In this document: piece after piece, positions 59,187 to 64,000 of the stretch
How positions within the stretch are numbered: position 1 is the stretch's first letter
Layout: the number at the start of each line of letters is the position of its first letter
Assembly: GCF_001194135.2 (NCBI RefSeq)
Contig: NC_068991.1
Coordinates: 7,636,070-7,700,069 of the forward strand
Direction of reading: 5' to 3'
DNA from: Octopus bimaculoides
Lineage: Eukaryota
DNA length: 64,000 bases
The notes under the pieces: generated by a model
The model's input: only the letters and a program-made list of their open reading frames with translations
Database searches by the model: none
What the model was told of the DNA's origin: nothing
Program-made: the position numbers and the translations under genes

Positions 59187-59504
59187 ATCATCATCATCAT
59201 CATCGTTTAACGTCCGCTTTCCATGCTAGCATGGGTTGGACGATTTGACTGAGGACTGGCGAACCAGATGGCTGCACCAGGCTCCAATCTGATTTGGCAG
59301 AGTTTCTACAGTTGGATGCCCTTCCTAACGCCAACCACTCCAAGAGTGTAGTGGGTGCTTTTACGTGCCACCGGCATGAAGGTCAGTCAGGCGGTACTGG
59401 CAATGGCCATGCTCAAAATGGTGTATTTTACGTGCCACCTGCACAGGAGCTAGTCCAGCGGCACTGGCAACGATCTCGCTCAAATGTTTTTTCACGTGCC
59501 AGTA
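59187..59504 (-). mobile_element. Retroposon family C, young copy running into a gap
   Basis: (CAT)n tail and tandem units of about 65 bp. Confidence 0.88.
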
Positions 59505-60389
59505 NNNNNNNNNNNNNNNNNNNNNNNNNNNNNNNNNNNNNNNNNNNNNNNNNNNNNNNNNNNNNNNNNNNNNNNNNNNNNNNNNNNNNNNNNNNNNNNN
59601 NNNNNNNNNNNNNNNNNNNNNNNNNNNNNNNNNNNNNNNNNNNNNNNNNNNNNNNNNNNNNNNNNNNNNNNNNNNNNNNNNNNNNNNNNNNNNNNNNNNN
59701 NNNNNNNNNNNNNNNNNNNNNNNNNNNNNNNNNNNNNNNNNNNNNNNNNNNNNNNNNNNNNNNNNNNNNNNNNNNNNNNNNNNNNNNNNNNNNNNNNNNN
59801 NNNNNNNNNNNNNNNNNNNNNNNNNNNNNNNNNNNNNNNNNNNNNNNNNNNNNNNNNNNNNNNNNNNNNNNNNNNNNNNNNNNNNNNNNNNNNNNNNNNN
59901 NNNNNNNNNNNNNNNNNNNNNNNNNNNNNNNNNNNNNNNNNNNNNNNNNNNNNNNNNNNNNNNNNNNNNNNNNNNNNNNNNNNNNNNNNNNNNNNNNNNN
60001 NNNNNNNNNNNNNNNNNNNNNNNNNNNNNNNNNNNNNNNNNNNNNNNNNNNNNNNNNNNNNNNNNNNNNNNNNNNNNNNNNNNNNNNNNNNNNNNNNNNN
60101 NNNNNNNNNNNNNNNNNNNNNNNNNNNNNNNNNNNNNNNNNNNNNNNNNNNNNNNNNNNNNNNNNNNNNNNNNNNNNNNNNNNNNNNNNNNNNNNNNNNN
60201 NNNNNNNNNNAAACAATTGACATGGACTCTTTCTGCTCTGCTCATGCTCAAAGAGATATACACTCACACAAACAAACAGTGAGAGGAGGCAGAGAGAAAG
60301 AAACACTAAAAGAGAGGTTCTCAAACTTCTTAGGGCACTTCAGAAGAGAAGGGGTTGGTACAGAAAGCCCAAACCTGCAGTTCAGTTTT

Positions 60390-60586
60390 TGTGCCTCTCC
60401 TCCGCCTATGGTCATGAATGTTTGGTAGTGACCAAAAGAGTGTGGTAGCTGACGCAAGTGGCTGGAATGGAATCTCTTCAAAGGATGTTTGTGGTGACAT
60501 TATACAACAGGGTGCATAGCTTAGGGATCAGTGAGTCTCTCCAAGTTGAGCTGCTACTTTTGAAAATTGACGAACATGGACATGTC
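60390..60586 (+). mobile_element. RTE-clade LINE RT C-terminal remnant
   Basis: Frameshifted YGHECLVVTKRV and LYNRVHSLGISESLQVELLLLKI resemble RTE YGHE.WV.TER...LRDRVRSS.IRE.L.VEPLLL. Confidence 0.65.
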
Positions 60587-60587
60587 A

Positions 60588-60806
60588 TACACATGGGGTG
60601 CTGAAAAGTTCCTGGCTTTGGGTAAAAGAAAATATAGGAGGATCGGTTAATTATGATTTTATTTAACATGTTCCCCTCTCAGATTCACACATTGCAACAG
60701 TCCTTTAGTTTTTTCTAAGCCCTGTAAAAAGAACTCGGAAGGCTGGGCCTCCAACCAGACCTTCCATGATATCCTTAAAGCCAAGAACTTTTCAGCAAGC
60801 CTTGTA
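60588..60806. mobile_element. Tc1/mariner-type MITE (same family as 45552)
   Basis: GGTGCTGAAAAGTTCCTGGCTTT...AAAGCCAAGAACTTTTCAGCAAGCCTTGTA TIRs. Confidence 0.8.
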
Positions 60807-62189
60807 GATGAGGCATACAGTAGGAGGAAATACTGTAAATCGATGAAGAATATATACAATAAAGAGAGAAGACCTGAGAAGTAGTTTAAACAGACTGAAG
60901 AACATTAGTCTTCATAGATAAGAAGAGACGAATGGAATGTCATATTGCAGAGTAGTTTTAACTGGTTCCAATATTGGAAATAATGTCAGAAACAATAATG
61001 GAGATAATGATAATGACATATCTGTTCTGTAAGCTAAGATTTAATTAATGTAAAAATTAATTTTGCAGTATCGTCAAGATATTTATTCAGTGTGGTAAAT
61101 AAAACAACTGGAGAATATCTCGATAATTTTATATTGATTGTGTTTCTATATATCTGTGATTTATAGAAGTAGCATTTAAATATGAGTTGCTTATTTGACA
61201 TGGGATAAAAACGAGGTTGATATATGGGAGATAAAAATAGAAAAGAGATGCTGGTGTGTAGAGGGGGAAGGCATAGAAACCCTATTAAAATAGAAAGTAA
61301 TGAAAGAAGAAAGACAAGAAAAGCTATTGTAAAACACTAGCAACTGAGAGATTAGATGACCCAAGAAAGAGAAAAGAGCTAAATCAATGTAAGAGGTTAT
61401 AATGAGCCACGATAGAAAGAAAATGTGAAGAAAGAATTAAATCATTGATAAGAAAGTAAAAGACGCCTGATTCTGTAATTGATTTGCTGTCTGCTGCTAA
61501 CGGTGAACTCAAGAGTGCAGAATTGTATGGTACAAGATGATTTAGTAAATGTAAAATAAGTTAATGATGTGCATAAGGAAAGTTTATTTTGAAAGGTTTT
61601 TGTTCAGCTAATAATAGAAATATTGATTTGAACTAAGGTTTGGCTGACCACAAAAGATATTTTGTGTGTTAGGTAACTCGCTAACCAAAAACAACATTGT
61701 AAGAGTCTATTGATACGATGACAAAGCTAGTGAAGTGAACTTCATCCACGAATGGCTGCCCTAGTTTCTAAAACTCACCCAAATTTCCATAACTCTACAA
61801 TAGGCAATGCTACCAGAAAATAAACCAAGCACAAACAATCAAGAAACCATTAAAAGCAAAATGAATGCCAGTTTTCTCTTTTACAAGCAGCACCAGAAAT
61901 TTTTCATAGAGATTATGCCATGTAAGTTGTTACACACACACACAGTTGAATAAAATTTGTGGTATGCCATGCAAAGCTCATCCACAGTTATTGGTTACTA
62001 AATGTGTTAAATAATGGGAATACTCCTGACATTGGACATCCACAGAGTTTATATAAAGTGATGAGTGAGAGGAAAATTCACATATTTGTTTTTTTGTCAT
62101 TTACCTTGCATTTACTTCACATTGTTCTGGCCTTACCCATGACCCTTTATACAATATATATATGTGTGTGTGTGTGTGTGTATGTATAT

Positions 62190-62372
62190 ACAAACTTTCT
62201 CTCACACATACACAACAGGCTTCTTTCAGTTTCTATCTACCAAATCCACTCACAAGGCTTTGGTCAGCCCAAGGCTATAGTAAGTAACACTTGTCCAAAG
62301 TTCCATGTAGTGGGATTGAACCTGGAACCATGTGGTTGAGAAGGAAAATACTTACCACACAGTCATACCTGT
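62190..62372 (-). mobile_element. SINE family A head
   Basis: CAGGCTTCTTTCAGTTTCTATCTACCAAATCCACTCACAAGGC. Confidence 0.8.
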
Positions 62373-63019
62373 ACCAATGTTTTAAAAAAAAATGAAAATG
62401 ACAAAAAAATACAAAGCAAAGTGTTATAGATATAGTGCATGCATCTGTACATAAAGTACAGAAAATTGCTTTTCTCGGTTTCGGAATCAATGAAATATGT
62501 GAAAGACAAGAGTTTAGTTATAGAAAATAATGAGCACGTTAGTCTAAAGTCAGTAAGAGCATCACTACTACAGCAGTATTTCTAGGATTTTAATATTCAG
62601 AATAGAAATTTTTGTATTGTTATTTTGCAGTTATTGCTGTGTTTGTTTATGGGGGGAAAATAAATGAAGTAAAATAATGTGAAAATAAAAATGAAAAATA
62701 TAAAAATAAACAACTGTTTTAACATGGAAAAAAAAGTAGAGATTTTCTTTTTTTTTCATAGACAGAACAAAAGCAAAGCCCTTCTCTACCTTAATGCATT
62801 AATGGAATTGTAAAATGTTTGAGATGAAATTCAGACTGTATATTGTTGTGCAAACTTTAATGGTAGTCGATTTTTAAAGTGAGGGAAAATGTGAAGATAT
62901 ATGTTAACAGTCTGCTGGATTTAGTCTTCTTTCTTTCATTGTATGATGTTAGTGAGCTGTATAACATGTATGTTGTGTGTGTGTGTATATGTAACATATA
63001 TATATATATATATATATGC

Positions 63020-63695
63020 ATATATTCTTTTATTCTTTTACTTGTTTCAGTCATTTGACTGTGGCCATGATGGAGCACCACCTTTTGTCGAACAATTCCA
63101 CCCCAGGACTTATTCTTTGTAAGCCTAGTACTTATCCTATCGGTCTCTTTTGCTGAACTGTTAAGTTACAGGGACGTAAACACACCAACATNNNNNNNNN
63201 NNNNNNNNNNNNNNNNNNNNNNNNNNNNNNNNNNNNNNNNNNNNNNNNNNNNNNNNNNNNNNNNNNNNNNNNNNNNNNNATGATGTTAGTGAGCTGTATA
63301 ACATGTATGTTGTGTGTGTGTGTATATGTAACATATATATATATATATATACGATGGGCTTCTTTCAGTTTCCATCTACCAAATCCACTTACAAGGCTTT
63401 GGTCGGCCCGAGGCTATAGTAGAAGACACTTGCCCAAGGTGCCACACAGTGGGAATGAACCCAGAACAATGTGGTTGGTAAGCAAACTACTTACCACACA
63501 GCCACTCCTTTTATCTTCTACTTGTTTCATTTATCAGACTGTGACCATGCTGGGGCACTGTCTGGAAGAATTTTAGTCAAATGAATCGACCCCTGTATTT
63601 ATTTTTGATTGTAAGCCTGGTACTTATTCTAAGGGTCACTTTTTTTTTTAACAACTAAGTTATGGGGATATAAACAAAACTGGTTGTCAAGCTGA
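63020..63695 (-). mobile_element. SINE family A pieces: tail 63020-63191, head 63350-63510, second tail 63515-63695
   Basis: Family motifs on both sides of the 63192-63279 gap. Confidence 0.75.
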
Positions 63696-64000
63696 CAGGT
63701 AAGTGTGAAAGGCCAGATCTGGCTTAGTTTGAAGATAAAACAGGTAGGTTCTTTCGGCTGGACATGGCCAGTTTCAATGCCTAAGAGTTAAGATATAAGG
63801 TGAGCAGAAGTAGGTGGGGGTGGGGATTTACAAGAGTGCATGAGGAGCAGGAAAAGGAGATGAAAGAATGGAAGAGGAGACAGGTGGCAGGTAACAACTG
63901 TTTTAAAGACTGGGTAAGGTTGAAGGGTGGATCTCGTAAAGGATGTTGGATGAGGGGTCAAGGATGACCAGAAAAGTAAACTTTGATCCTGGGTTCATTT

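Noticed and set aside
51063-61809. Idea that the antisense exon candidates are CC2D2A, the convergent neighbour of FBXL5 in human
   Set aside because: The peptides show no similarity to the CC2D2A C-terminus as recalled.
1-64000. CRISPR arrays, rRNA, prokaryotic operons
   Set aside because: The sequence is eukaryotic intron-rich DNA. The repeats are dispersed TEs or microsatellites, not repeat-spacer arrays.

Overview
Eukaryotic, AT-rich, microsatellite- and SINE-dense scaffold segment with 10 N-gaps. The repeat families and general texture suggest a cephalopod (Octopus-like) genome; this is an inference, not a database result. The main feature is a complete 9-exon FBXL5 gene on the + strand (ATG 13109 to TAA 53087; 1923-nt CDS, 640 aa). 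All splice sites are GT-AG and phase-consistent, and the hemerythrin-like di-iron ligands, F-box, LRRs and C-terminal [2Fe-2S] cysteines are intact. Head-to-head with it, 463 bp away, is a single-exon SPMIP1/ATP6V1FNB-like axonemal protein gene (- strand, 12097-12645). Near the left end is an unrecognised acidic two-TM protein gene (- strand, about 1826-2332) with signs of protein-level constraint. The rest is at least four SINE-like families, CR1, RTE, CRE-like and Penelope-like remnants, several MITEs, and microsatellites. The most unusual element is a 344-bp foldback about 800 bp downstream of the FBXL5 stop, with 140-bp arms and a Penelope-type minimal hammerhead-ribozyme-like motif in its loop. 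Several candidate antisense exons are also reported at low confidence. No CRISPR arrays, rRNA or true tRNA genes were found. Repeat boundaries were read by eye and are approximate.
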